From the NCBI RefSeq assembly GCF_004010195.1, contig NC_057720.1:20993943-21057942 (forward strand): a DNA stretch of 64,000 bases, in the 5' to 3' direction. The position numbers and the translations under genes were made by a program. Below, piece by piece: positions 12,455 through 23,869 of the stretch (positions are counted from its first letter, which is position 1; each line of letters opens with the position of its first letter). The notes below the pieces were generated by a model. That model searched no databases and was not told where the DNA came from. It was given only the letters and a program-made list of their open reading frames with translations. Source of the stretch: Chiloscyllium plagiosum (lineage: Eukaryota).

Positions 12455-13237
12455 GGTGTACCATTGAAAGCGTTGAAGATGTATGATGTCATTTGAAGCA
12501 GCTGAGCAACAATTAGATTCCTTAAATGCAAGTACCTGTGTGTAATGTAGCTACCTTTGTATTTTAAGAACACATGTCCTCACCATGGTGGTGTTTTCCA
12601 AAAAATTATATAAACTTAAATTATTTCAATTGTAAGAACATGAGTAAAATATTTGACCTTTAGGCCTTTTTAAATTATTGATATCAAACTAACAGTCTAT
12701 TTATAGCAAAACTAATGCATTTTAATCAGTTATAAAAACATATGAGGTTTTCCTACATTGCATGTGTATGTTAGCATAATCATCTGTCAAATAAATCAGG
12801 GATTTTTGCATACCAAATCAATATCCTATTTTGCAGTTAATTATTTGAAATATGAGAATGGGAATGTGTGCGTGCACACACAATTTTTATGGTAATTTTA
12901 AAAGTTATAGATAAAAAATGAGAAAAAAATGGATAAAACTGTTCATCCGGTCATGTTTTGATTTTATGCAACTTTGTCTCTGTTGTTTTATGGTAGTCTT
13001 AGTTATAGACATTAAAGAGTTAAATTAATCTTCTGCAATGGCCAGTTCACAATCCATTCATTTTACTATGCTACTGATTTTAAATTTGTACTGATACAAG
13101 ATGATCCAGAGGCTTCCTGAAACTGTTGATACCTACTGAAGTACAGTTAAAAACTGGTGTAGCATTAATCCATTAGCCTATAAATAATGGACTTCATTCC
13201 TATTCATTAATCTCAGCCAGCAGCTGGGTTTTCAGAA

Positions 13238-13410
13238 TTAGAGTCATGGAGATGTTCAGAATAGAAACAGACCCTTCAGTCCATCTCGTCCATGCTGATT
13301 AGATATCCTAACCTAATCTAGTCCCATTTGCCAGCGCTTGGCCCATATCCCTCTAAAACCTTCCTATTCATATACCCAGATGCATTTTAAATGTTGTAAA
13401 TGTACCAGCA
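13238..13410 (-). mobile_element. CR1-type LINE 3' end
   Basis: Same 3' UTR family as 8670-8830 and 29290-29440. Confidence 0.8.
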
Positions 13411-13411
13411 T

Positions 13412-13649
13412 TGTTTAGAACATCTCCTCACTGAGGGAGGAGAAAACATTTAAGAGTTCCAACCCCTAACTGCTGTCAGCTACAGACTTGTCTGTATTTA
13501 GGGAAGCCAGTGTCAGAATTGACTAATGTCCTTTGTGGTCAAGTAGCTAGCCAAGATTTGCTGCCTTAGGCTTGTGCAGCCAGCAGCAATTAAGGGTTGG
13601 AACTCTTACACATTTTACCATCCCTCTGAGGCGAGAGGCACTGTAAACA
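13412..13649. repeat. Degenerate inverted-repeat (MITE-like) element
   Basis: AAGAGTTCCAACCC (13452-13465) / GGGTTGGAACTCTT (13594-13607) form a perfect inverted pair inside longer imperfect arms. Confidence 0.55.
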
Positions 13650-14023
13650 GTTGTAACAGTTCAGTTGCTGCGCATGGCTGGGATTAATAAATTTACAGAA
13701 GACTGATTGATGTTACACCATGGTTTGTGAGGAATTGGAATGAGTGTGAAGTAGGTGCATCTTTACTATTTATAAATGTACCTTGGTAAGAATCATCTTC
13801 TTTAAACAAAATTGTCTATAAACAAGTAGTGTGTTAGTTACATTAATGGCTTCATAAAATAATTATAATGTTCCAAGTAGATTTTATGAATTTTTAAAAT
13901 ATCTATCATTGTTTTCTAATTATGTACTGTAGTCAGCTTGTCTGCTGGATGTTACAGATATTGTCATTTGTTATTTAGAAGTTTTTATTTGGAGCAATAT
14001 TTTATTTCATATTATTTGGCCTT

Positions 14024-14029
14024 AATAAA
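14024..14029 (+). terminator. Candidate polyadenylation signal of the TLCD4-like gene (alternatives at 12790 and 15276)
   Basis: AATAAA hexamer near the end of a long AT-rich region downstream of the stop. No transcript evidence. Confidence 0.3.
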
Positions 14030-14083
14030 ATTGATTCAATTTTATTGGAAAAATATTTTAGGAGGACTGTTGTAACATATTTT

Positions 14084-14363
14084 TGGATGTAGGTTTGCTC
14101 GCTGAGCAGGAAGGTTCATTTTCCGACATTTTGTCACCACACTAGGTAATGTCTTCTATTTATATGTTTGTTATATATAATATGTTATATACATTTCTAT
14201 TTATATAAATAGAAAGCAGGAAACACCAGCAGTGCTTCGTCGGGAGGCTCACTGAAGATGTTACCTGGTATGGTGACGAAACATCTGAAAATGAACCTTC
14301 TTGCTCGGCGAGCAAACCGACATCCAGAACCTCAACCTGAGTTACAAATCTTCTCAAAACTTG
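14084..14363 (+). mobile_element. Penelope-derived fold-back element with hammerhead motif
   Basis: Arms 14084-14156 and 14254-14326 are inverted. The right arm carries CTGAAGA-T-GTTACC-TGGTAT-GGTGAC-GAAAC-ATC. Confidence 0.7.
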
Positions 14364-17300
14364 GTAGCTTTTTACCTTAAATCCCTTAAATGTTTTGTCT
14401 ACGAAATGTAGGATTGTTTCTTTGTGAATTGTTTAAGTGCTGAGTAATTTTTCTTAATCACTTAATTTCAAACGTGGGATATTGTGAAGGAGAGGAAAAT
14501 TAAAATTACATGAAGTTCCCAGCAAGATTGTCAATAGTTTTTACATTGTACATTTTACTGTAGTTAACTGTGGGAAGGATTCTGAGGAAAATTGATTTAG
14601 TCAGGCAAGACTGCCTGCAGTGCTTGTTTGTGGCTTGGTTACATGTAGGATTTTGTATAGTTTCATGATGTTGAACCAACATGATGGAATCAATTTGTTT
14701 GCTACTTTAGAACTACAGCAATTTAGTAAAAATGTTATGAAGACATTTTATATAGAGTATGTAAAGAGAAACAAGCCACAATACACAGATTTACAGTTAA
14801 TTGGTAAAACATCAATGTGGAGAATAAAGAACAAAACGCAAGTTACAACAGCATGACCTGCCTGACAATGTGGTAAGGGTGGATTTAGTAACAACTTTCT
14901 AAAGGAAATTGGACAAACACTTTCAGAAGAAATATTTACAGAGCAAAGGAGAAAATGTTGAGAAGTGGGATTGATTAGACCCCTCCTTCAAGTAGTCAGT
15001 ACAGGACACGATGTGTTATGTCATGTTCATCATTTAAAGGTTTTACATTGATAATCAGATGTTTGCATAATTATGAAATCCAAGTTGAAGTAATTGGCAT
15101 ACGAATATCACTCTTACATATCTCATGCTTAAACTATATCTATATGCAATTAAAGCTTTTTGATGCTGTGCTAATCATGCTTGCAATTTTTAAAATTTAA
15201 TGTATTCCATAATGTCCAGATGTAAAAAGGCTTTTGCTAAGAAACCATTTTCTGAAAGATCATATTCTAAATGACAATAAAGCATGTGTTCTGATCCTGA
15301 TTTTTCTGAAGAGTATTTTGGCTTTCCATAAATTAATTTGTCCCATCCTCAGTCTTGTCATTCGTGGTTTACATTCTTCCATATGAAAGTCTGGATAGAA
15401 AATGAACAGGATCAAGGAAAGGAAATGTCTAATTCTGATCTTTGATCTACCACCAATGCATGCAGTCTAGCAGAGATGTGTGTGTGTGGCGTGTGCGCGC
15501 ACGGGGTCAAATTAAGAGGTGTTATTTGTATTTTCTGACCAGTCCATGGCTTTAGGCCACTGTTAATATTGGCTAGAATCAACATTCAAAGTTGGAAGAA
15601 AGCTCAATACAACGTCTCATAGGGTAGTACACTAACCGAGGAGTAATAAGCTACTCCTTTTATGTTCACATCACGAGCGTTTATACATCGTACGCTTACA
15701 GCATACTGTGTAAATCACCACAAGCTACCTTTTATTTGGCTACTTATTAAGAAATCTCTCAAACATTGAAACAATGATTTAAACTTTCATTGCACGTGGC
15801 AATCAAGACACTTCAAGTAAGCAAGTTAAGCCTCATAACTCAACTTGGCTGTTACCTGATTAATGGTGGAATTTAGCCAAAATTCCAACCAACCGTGTCT
15901 GTCTCTGGAAGTGTCCAGGGTTCAATCCTTGTACAGTATTGTTTGAAGTTCTGTTACTGAAGATTCCTGGAGTTGAATTCAAATTGAATTTTCTCTCTTT
16001 CAAGTTTGCGGTGTGACATTATTGATCCTTTAGATTATTTCATCCCCAACATTGATTACACTTCTGGAGTGCTCAAGTCTGTAGTTTGCCTTTGTATCAG
16101 AAATAGCTCTTCTATTCCTTGTTAGATTCAGTGTTAGCTGCCTGTTTGAAACAGCCTGTCATTCAGTTAACCCCTTTACCTAAGGACAGTCCAATGACAT
16201 TGTTGCAAGAGTTTCATAGGGTTGTGTCCGTGGCCCAATGATTTTCACCTGCATCATCACTGACCTTTCTTCACCCTTGCTGTTCCAATGTTTCTTGATG
16301 ATTGCACAGTAATTATACATAAAAGCAGTTTGTGCTTGCATGCAGCTAGACCTGTTCAACACTCAATCTTTGGCTGATAAATAGCAAGTAACATTTTGCT
16401 TCAGAAAGGACAAGTCATGATTCTTTCTAACAGAGTCAGAACACCCCTCTAAATTCTCAGTGACTTCATTGTTGTTGAATCTTGCACATTCAATATCCTG
16501 AGAGATTACCATTAAGCAGCTACCTTAACATGTGAGATTGTATAAATAATCTATAAAAGTTTGTCAAAGGCTGAGTATTCTAAATTGAGTGACATCATCT
16601 GACTCCCCCACAGCATGTTGACTCCCTATCATACACATCCAGGCTATATCTGGTCTCCAGATAGTTAAACACAACAAATTTCTGGTCCTTCAGTATTGGC
16701 CTTTGGAAAAACAATGAGATGGCTTATGAGAGATTGCGATAAAATTGGAGATGAGTGGTGTCAGTGTTCAAATGAAATATGACCTGTGTTTTCAAAGTAT
16801 TCTATCAAAAGTAAACAGCATCCTTGAAATAGGATGGACTTCAGGACCGATTATTAGGCCAATTCCAGAGATAGTGGTGTGGGAGTGTGAAGGCATTGTA
16901 AATGTTTCTCTGTCCCAAATGAATAGATTTGAATTAGGTGAGGCCAAGGGGGGAGTGACATTGGAAGACAATTGTGTGGTCAACTTTGACAAAAGTTGAA
17001 GATCTGTCTGAGAGGATGAACAGGGATGGTATTTTCAGATGGCTAGTGCTGGAGACCAGCCACCTTCATAACATTGGTGACATTACCACATACATGGTGA
17101 TGTCTTAGCATTCAGGGATTCTGTGCTGGAGCCAATCGTGAAGACGTTGGAGTAAAGTATTAACCTGTCCTGGTGTTTGTATCCCTGCTGCATTTAGGTT
17201 ACTGCCAAAGGAATGTAGAAAGAGCAAAGGCCCATGCTGGTGTTTTCCTAAGCGAATTATGGGCCAAAATATTCTGGCAGCTACTTAATATCATATAGTG

Positions 17301-17799
17301 GTCAGACTGTCTAAAAGAAAACAAAGTGCCTAGTATCCAGAAACTGGATTTCTAATAGTATACCAAGACCATAGTTACAGAGAATATTATTAATGATTGG
17401 TATAGTGACATTGAGGGAATGCCTGATTGAAAGGGTACAATTCTGCAGTTTTAGGGAAGATGGGCATTGATTTGAGAGATGAGAACATAGAAAGAATTTC
17501 AAAGGTAAAGGAATATTAGAAATTAGGTAGTTTGCAAGAATTGAGTGTAATAATTTGGGAAGAAAGTATATTTGGAACGGAAGGACACAAATGTTGATAT
17601 AAACAACCATGGAGGCTAGGAAAGAAAGGTGTAATCAATTTTTTTGGTAATAAGATTGAGGCAGGAAGAGGTCAGGTCTCATGGACAATCTTGGATAGAG
17701 CACAAAGGCAGATGGAACAGAATGGACATGAGAGCTCAAGGTGAAATTCATTCAGATTCAGACCCATTTAGGCAATGTTGCATTGGGACTTAAAGATAA

Positions 17800-18530
17800 A
17801 AGGAGTGTAAATTTCATTTGGGATTTGGCTTTTAAAATAGAGGCCAGGTGGATTTTGGTTAGTCTTATGAAGATGTCTGGCCTTTCGAACAAAAAACATT
17901 TGGAATAGTGACTGAAATACACAATGTCCAAGAAGGCATGTGACTTTAGTCAAGGGTCTGAAAAGATACCTGTGGTATTAATGGACTGAAAGTTTATAGT
18001 GCTAAGTTTACAAGTAGACCAGACCATTAGATTAGCTTTGATTTCAGTTCAAAAGATCAGTTCAGGAGAACCAGTCTTCCTAACTGAACTGTTTTTAATC
18101 CCTGTTGTGAGACTATAAAAGTTTTTCAGCACTCCAAACTAAAAAAAGTGTTTTACGTCACTAGAATTGCAGAATGTTCATAGTCTTAGTCGTACAAATA
18201 AATCATAAAACTGCCAGTGACCCAAGGAACAGAATTCGGGAAGAGTTAGTGAAGTGAAAGTTCAGATACGAATAATCGTCTGGAATTGACTATCTGTAAA
18301 AAGATTTCTTTGTGAAAAGGGGTTGAAACATTGTTTTGCTGTTTCAGATCTTTATTTTTTAAATATTTAGCATTTTTATCATTTGTGTGATAAACCTCTG
18401 TTAAAGAACAACTATGGCTATGTGACTATGCTTTCGTGACATTAACTAACTGCAAAAAAAGCAAATCATTTCTCAAACCTAATTTCATTCTTGGATCTGA
18501 CTTGCCCAGTGTTAACATCAATAGGTATGA
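17800..18530 (+). mobile_element. Possible old solo LTR
   Basis: The 3' end ggatctgacttgcccagtgttaacatcaataggtatgaCA resembles LTR ends. The 5' end was not identified. Confidence 0.3.
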
Positions 18531-18549
18531 CAATTTGGAACAATTCCAT

Positions 18550-18672
18550 TCTGGAGACAGGTCACTGGACCTGAAACACTAACTGTTTCTTCTCCACGGA
18601 TGCTGCCAGACCTACTGCGTTTTTCCAGCAATTTCTGTTTGTGTTACTAATATCCAGCATCTGCAGTTCATT
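18550..18672 (+). mobile_element. Penelope-like terminal-repeat fragment (degenerate hammerhead)
   Basis: ggtcactggacctgaaac...ctccacggatgctgccagacc...tccagcatctgcag; same family as 34363-34460. Confidence 0.6.
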
Positions 18673-19007
18673 GCAATTGTTATGAAAAACACAATGAACC
18701 ATTTAGACTCTTGAACCTGTTTCATTATTGACTTTGAACTGTCTTGGACCCTATCGTTGATACCTTTTATCTAAGTTCAACAGATTTTGTCGGATATAAC
18801 ATTTCATTTAGCAGCTACAACCTTGTGTGTACGTCGGTGTGGAAGAGATATTCAGATTTTCACCAAGTTTCATGGGATAAAGTGATTCTTCATTTCACTT
18901 GAATAGCTGACTTCTAACTTTAAGACTGAACTTTTGTTTTGGCTTTCCTTACAAGAGGAAACAGTCCTTTCTAAATCCATTTAAATTAAAACACTAAAAT
19001 GTGTTTC

Positions 19008-19346
19008 AGTCGTGGCTCACTTGGCAGCATTTCCAACGCCAAGTTAAAAGATTCTAGGTTAAGTCCCACTCTTGGATGAACACACAAATCAGGGCAGATG
19101 GCGCAGCACTTCCTCAGTACTGCATCAATTGGAGATGCTGTAGTTCAATGAGACTCTGAACTGAGGCCTTTCAGGTGGATGCAAAAGTTGTGGTGACACT
19201 ATTTTAAAGGAGGGATCTACCTCGCACCAACCTCACACAAACGTGCGGCTGCGTTTCCGGAGTGACTACAAATGTGCATTAGCTGCAAAGTGTTTTCGAA
19301 CACTTGGGGGTCACGAAAAGCCCGATATAAAGGCAAGTCGTTCCTT
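19008..19346 (+). mobile_element. Old DeuSINE-like SINE directly upstream of the HCCS promoter
   Basis: tRNA-like head (gtggctcacttggcagca...ggttaagtcccact), Deu-like blocks (atgagactctgaactgaggcc...caggtggatgcaaaag...cactattttaaagga) and tail (gatataaaggcaagtc). Confidence 0.55.
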
Positions 19347-19399
19347 ATTTTGACTGTTGTCCTAATATTATCACACCTTTTAGGAATAAATTACTTTTC

Positions 19400-19800
19400 T
19401 CATTTTCGCGAAGTTGGGTTGATGCTGACGGGGAAGGTTTGCCCTCGTGACAGCTGGGGTGTCGCACTCACACCTCGGGTCTCCTCTTCGTCCGGCCGGT
19501 GGGTGGGAGGAAGGGGCGGGGTCTGGGGCGGCCGGAAGTGACATCACTGGAAAGTGGTCTATCGGCCTAACGGCGCGGGGGGTTGTGGGAACGGCTGTCG
19601 TATTCACCTTGAGGAGAGTTCGAGAAGCGGCGGCGGCGGAGGAGGACGACGACGAGGAGTAGGTAGGATCCGGGCTGGGCCTCGCGGGTCAGGCGTGGCT
19701 CAGTCACAGTCCCCTGTTCAACCGGGCGAGAGGTCCATGCCGACCAGATATCCTAAATTAATGTAGTCCCGTTTGCCAGCAGCCGGCCCATGTCCCTCTG
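19400..19800 (+). promoter_or_regulatory. HCCS: CpG-island promoter of HCCS
   Basis: The only strongly CpG-rich, mostly non-repeat island in the window. GC box GGGGCGGGG at 19513-19521; ETS/GABP site CCGGAAGTG at 19532-19540 overlapping TGACATCA at 19539-19546. Lies upstream of the HCCS coding exons. Confidence 0.75.
19545..19662 (+). other. HCCS: Probable non-coding first exon (5' UTR) of HCCS
   Basis: ATG-free segment after the promoter motifs, ending at donor AG|GTAGGA (19662/19663). A matching acceptor ttctgcag| lies at 31000/31001. The TSS is approximate. Confidence 0.55.
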
Positions 19801-19838
19801 AACCCTTCCTATTCATGTGCCCATTCAGATGCCTTTTA
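19733..19838 (-). mobile_element. CR1 3' UTR fragment inside the CpG island
   Basis: Aligns with the CR1 3' UTR copies at 8710-8820, 13288-13390 and 29290-29390. Confidence 0.8.
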
Positions 19839-20614
19839 TAGAATCAATGTTGAAGTCCCACTGAGATTTACTTCTCACCTTTGTCCGGTTAATACCCTGT
19901 CACCCACTTACTGCTCCCCTTTGACCACTGACTCCTCTCTCTGCCGAGTCAGTGCCCTCCTTTACCCAACTAATGCCCCCATTTGCTCACTCCCCATCCT
20001 CCTCCCTCTACCATTCACCCCGCCTGTCCCTTTGACACTAAATACCCCCCCCCCCGCCCCCCGCTTTTTCCACTAGCTGCTACTTTTTTTGCCCATTCCA
20101 CTTTCCAAATCAATGTCTCCCCTTCCCCTGTACATTGCAGATTGTTCTACAAGTGGCTAAAACGTGTAGTTACATCAGATTTGGCTCTAATATGTGAAGC
20201 ATTATCCATCATCCATAAATGATGATGTGAAGTGCTTTGATTATGTAACTCATTACATAAAGCCAGCATTTACTCTAGGAACTCTTATGTTTCTCCACTT
20301 ATTTGTGATAAAATCATAAGAAATAATCCATTTATCTTATTTAGCCTGCTAATGAATTTTATGGGCTAAGGTTCCTTTTTCAGCTGGCGATTAATTCAAA
20401 TGGAGAGCAGTGTTTAGGAGTTGTTGTCTATTTAAATAGCTAATAACTCTTCAAACATTATCTGTAGTGTTGGCCTCATTCTAAATAGGGCTGAGGCATT
20501 TCTTCACCCATCAAACCTAATGCTGAAATAAGGCTCATAACAGCATCCTGTGGGATGTTGGCTATTTATTGCTATATATAATGAAAACTTATGAATGGTT
20601 CGAAGGCTGTCGCC

Positions 20615-21327
20615 TTTGGACCTAAAAAGTCCCCAAATGGAAGGTTGAATTTGCAGAATACAGGGTGAAAGGCAGGATTCTTGGCAGTGTGAGGAACAGA
20701 GGGATATTGGGGATCCATGATCATCGAAACCCCAACGTTGCCACCCAAGTTAAGGTTGTCAAGAAGGCTTTCATTAGCAGGGGGATTGAATTTAAGAGCT
20801 GCAAGGTTATGCTGTAGCTCCATAGAGCCCTGGTTAGACCACACGTGGAATATTGTGTTCAGTTCGAGTTGCCTCATTATAGGAAGGATGTTGTAGCTTT
20901 AGAGAGGGTGCAGAGCAGACTTACTAGAATGATGCCTGGACTGGAGGGCATGCTTTATGAAGAAAGGTTGAGGGAGCTAGGGCTTTTTTCATTGGATTGA
21001 AGAAAGCTGAGAGGTGACTTGATGGAGGTGTAGAAGATGATTGGCATAGATAGAGTGGATGGCCAGAGACTATTTTTCCCAGGGCAGAAATGGTTATCAC
21101 GAGGGTTTAGGGGCGATGTCAGAGGTAGGTTCTTAACATAGAGTGGTGAGTGCATGGCAGGCACTGCTTGCAGTGTTAGTAGAGTCAGATACATTAGGGA
21201 CATTAAGCGACTCTTGGGTAGGCACATAGAAGATAGTATAATGAAGGGTATTTAGGTTAGACTAGGATAAAAAGGTTGGCACAACATCAAGGCCAAAGGG
21301 CCTGTACTGTGCTGTACTGTTCTATGT
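20615..21327 (+). mobile_element. CR1-type LINE 3' fragment
   Basis: Degenerate ORF2 C-terminus (...[12 protein letters not shown]...) and tail ctgtactgttctatg. Confidence 0.85.
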
Positions 21328-21849
21328 CCCATTACCTTGAAAGTTTGAGCAACAAACAAAGCTAGCTGTATCATGTCATGACTGATTAAAAGCAACAAGT
21401 GGGGTTTCATCATTAACAGCAAGTTACATTCAAAACAATGTTTTCTATCTCGGAACTTACAATTAGTTACGAGAGCAGGTCAGATGCTAAGAATCATGCA
21501 GTGAGTAACTCTTCCTGATTCCCCGAAGCCTGTGCACCATCAACATGGCACAAAGCAGGAGTGTGATGAATTACTCCCCACTTACCAGGGTTAGTGCAAA
21601 TTCAGCAGTGCTCAAGAAACTTGACAGCATCCAAGGTACAGCAGCACATTTGATTGGCATTATATCTACAAACGTGGACTCCCTCTACCACTGATTTTGT
21701 AACACAGTAGCAGTGTGTACCTTTTTTTATTCTCTCATGGGACATGGCTATTGCTGGAGAGCCAGCATTTATTGCTTGTCCCTGTTGCCCTTGAGAAGGT
21801 GGTGGTGAGCTGCTGCCTTGAATGTCTACATGCTGGTCCATGTGATGAT

Positions 21850-23130
21850 AGGGAATAGAGGGTGGAGATGGAGAATTGTTTTCAGACATAAGACTGTGAA
21901 CAGCAATGTTCTACATGCATTGGTACTGGGTCCACTTTCGTTTCATATTTATATAAACGATTTGACTGAGAATTTAGGAGATATGGTTAGTAAGTTTGGG
22001 AATTACACCAAAATTGTTTGCACAATTGACAGTAAAGTTATTTAAGATTGGGTCAATTGGCTGAGGAGTAGCAGATGGAGATCATTTATATAACTGGGAG
22101 GTATTGTATATTGGTAAAACAAAGTAGGACAGGACTTGTATAATTAATGGTAGGCCTCTGGGCAATGTGATTGAACAGAGACACCTAGGGGCTCATAATT
22201 CTTTGAAATTTACATTGCATATAGAGTGGGTGGTTAAGAAGACGTTGAGCATGCTTGCCTTCATTGCTTAAACTTTTGAGTATAGGTGTTGGGATGCCAT
22301 GTTGAAGTTGTACAGGACATTGATGAGGCCTCTTCCAGAATACCGTGTGCAGTTTTGGTTGCCCTGCAATAGGAAGGATATTATTAAATTAAAAAGGATT
22401 CAGCAAAGGTTTGCCAGGATGTTGCTGGGGATGGAAGGTTTGAATTATAAAGATAAGATAAGATTAGATTAGATTCCTGACAGTGTGGAAACAGGCCCTT
22501 CGGCCCAACCAGTCCACACCGACCCTCTGTAGAATAACCCACGCAGAACTATTTCCCTCTGACTAATACACCTAGCACTATAGGCAATTTAGAATGACCA
22601 ATTCACCTGACCTACAGGTCTTTGGACTGTGGGAGGAAACCCACGCAGACACGGGGAGAATGTGCAAACTCCACACACAGTCGGCCAAGGCTGGAATCGA
22701 ACCTTGGACCCTGGTGCTGTGAGGCATCAATGCTAACCACTGATCCAGTTGGACCTTTTACACTGGAGGGTAGGAGGTTGAGGGGTGACCTTTAAAGAGG
22801 TTTATAAAATCATAAGGGGCATTGATAAGGGTATCTTCTCGAGGGTGGGGAAGTTCAAAACTAGGGGATATCTTTTTAAGGTGAGATTTAAAAAGGACAA
22901 GAGGTGCAATTTTTTTAATAGTGGTTTGTATGTGGAATAGGCTACCAGAAGGAGTGGTGGATGCAGGTACAGTTACAACATTTAAAATACATTTCAATAA
23001 GCACATGAATAGGAAAGTATTCAAGGGGTTTGGGCCAAATGCAGGCAAGTGAGATTAAATTGGTTTGGGAACATAGTTAGCATGTAGTAGTTGGATGAAA
23101 GGACTTGCTTCCATGCTGTGTGACTCTCTG
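21850..23130 (+). mobile_element. CR1-type LINE fragment containing an HE1-like SINE
   Basis: ORF 21818-22045 contains VLGPLSFHIYINDL...VSKFGNYTK; 3' UTR at ~23000-23130. Confidence 0.8.
22455..22745 (-). mobile_element. HE1-like (V-SINE) SINE
   Basis: Same sequence family as 11887-12197, with an (agata/agatt)n tail. Confidence 0.85.
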
Positions 23131-23869
23131 CTATAGGTGCACCCTTAGGGAGGGACTTCTAGGATTTTGACCAAGTGATAATGAAGGAATGACGATAGGT
23201 TTCCAAGTCAGGGTGAACTCTCAGGTGGTGGTGTTTCTAAGTATCTGCTGCCCTTGTCCTTCTAAGTGGAAGGGGTCATGGGTTTGGGAGGTACTGTCTA
23301 ACGATCTTCAGTGAATTTCTGCAGTGCATCTTGTAGATCCTGCACTCTGCTACTCAGAGTTTGTGGTGGAGGGAGTGGATGCTTGTTGCTGTGGTGCCAA
23401 TCAAGGTGGCTGCTCTATCCTGAATTGTGTTAAGCCTCTTGAGTATTGTTGGAGCTGTACTCATCCAGGCAAGTGGGGGAATATTCCATTACATTCCTGA
23501 CTTATGGCTTGTAGGTGGTACACAGGATTTAGGGAATTGAGAGGTAAGTTACTTACTGAAGTATCCCTAGCCTCTGACCACCTCTTGTAGCTACTTTATT
23601 CATACGGTGAGTCCAGTTGAGTTTCCGATCAATGGTATGATACCAAGTTATAGTTTAACAGCTTTATTTGAAATCACAAGCTTTTGGAGCGTAACCTCTT
23701 CACCAAATCAGAAGCACACAGAACACAATTTATGGACACAGATCAAAAGATCTTGTAAATGGTGTGAGTGAGGTGTTGAATAATATGTCTCTGAAAGTGA
23801 CCGAGTGTTAATGCGATTGAATATTAAGGGATAGTGGTTAGATTGAATCACATTAGAGAGAGACTGGCA

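Noticed and set aside
15477..15502. Alternating purine-pyrimidine tract (TG)n-GCGCGC
   Set aside because: A short, ordinary microsatellite-like tract with no supporting context.
19447..19766. ORFs over the CpG island with AAAAEEDDDEE / GGGGGRRR tracts
   Set aside because: By-products of GC-rich GCG/GAG/GAC triplet runs in the promoter and 5' UTR. HCCS has its own conserved MG start at 31032.
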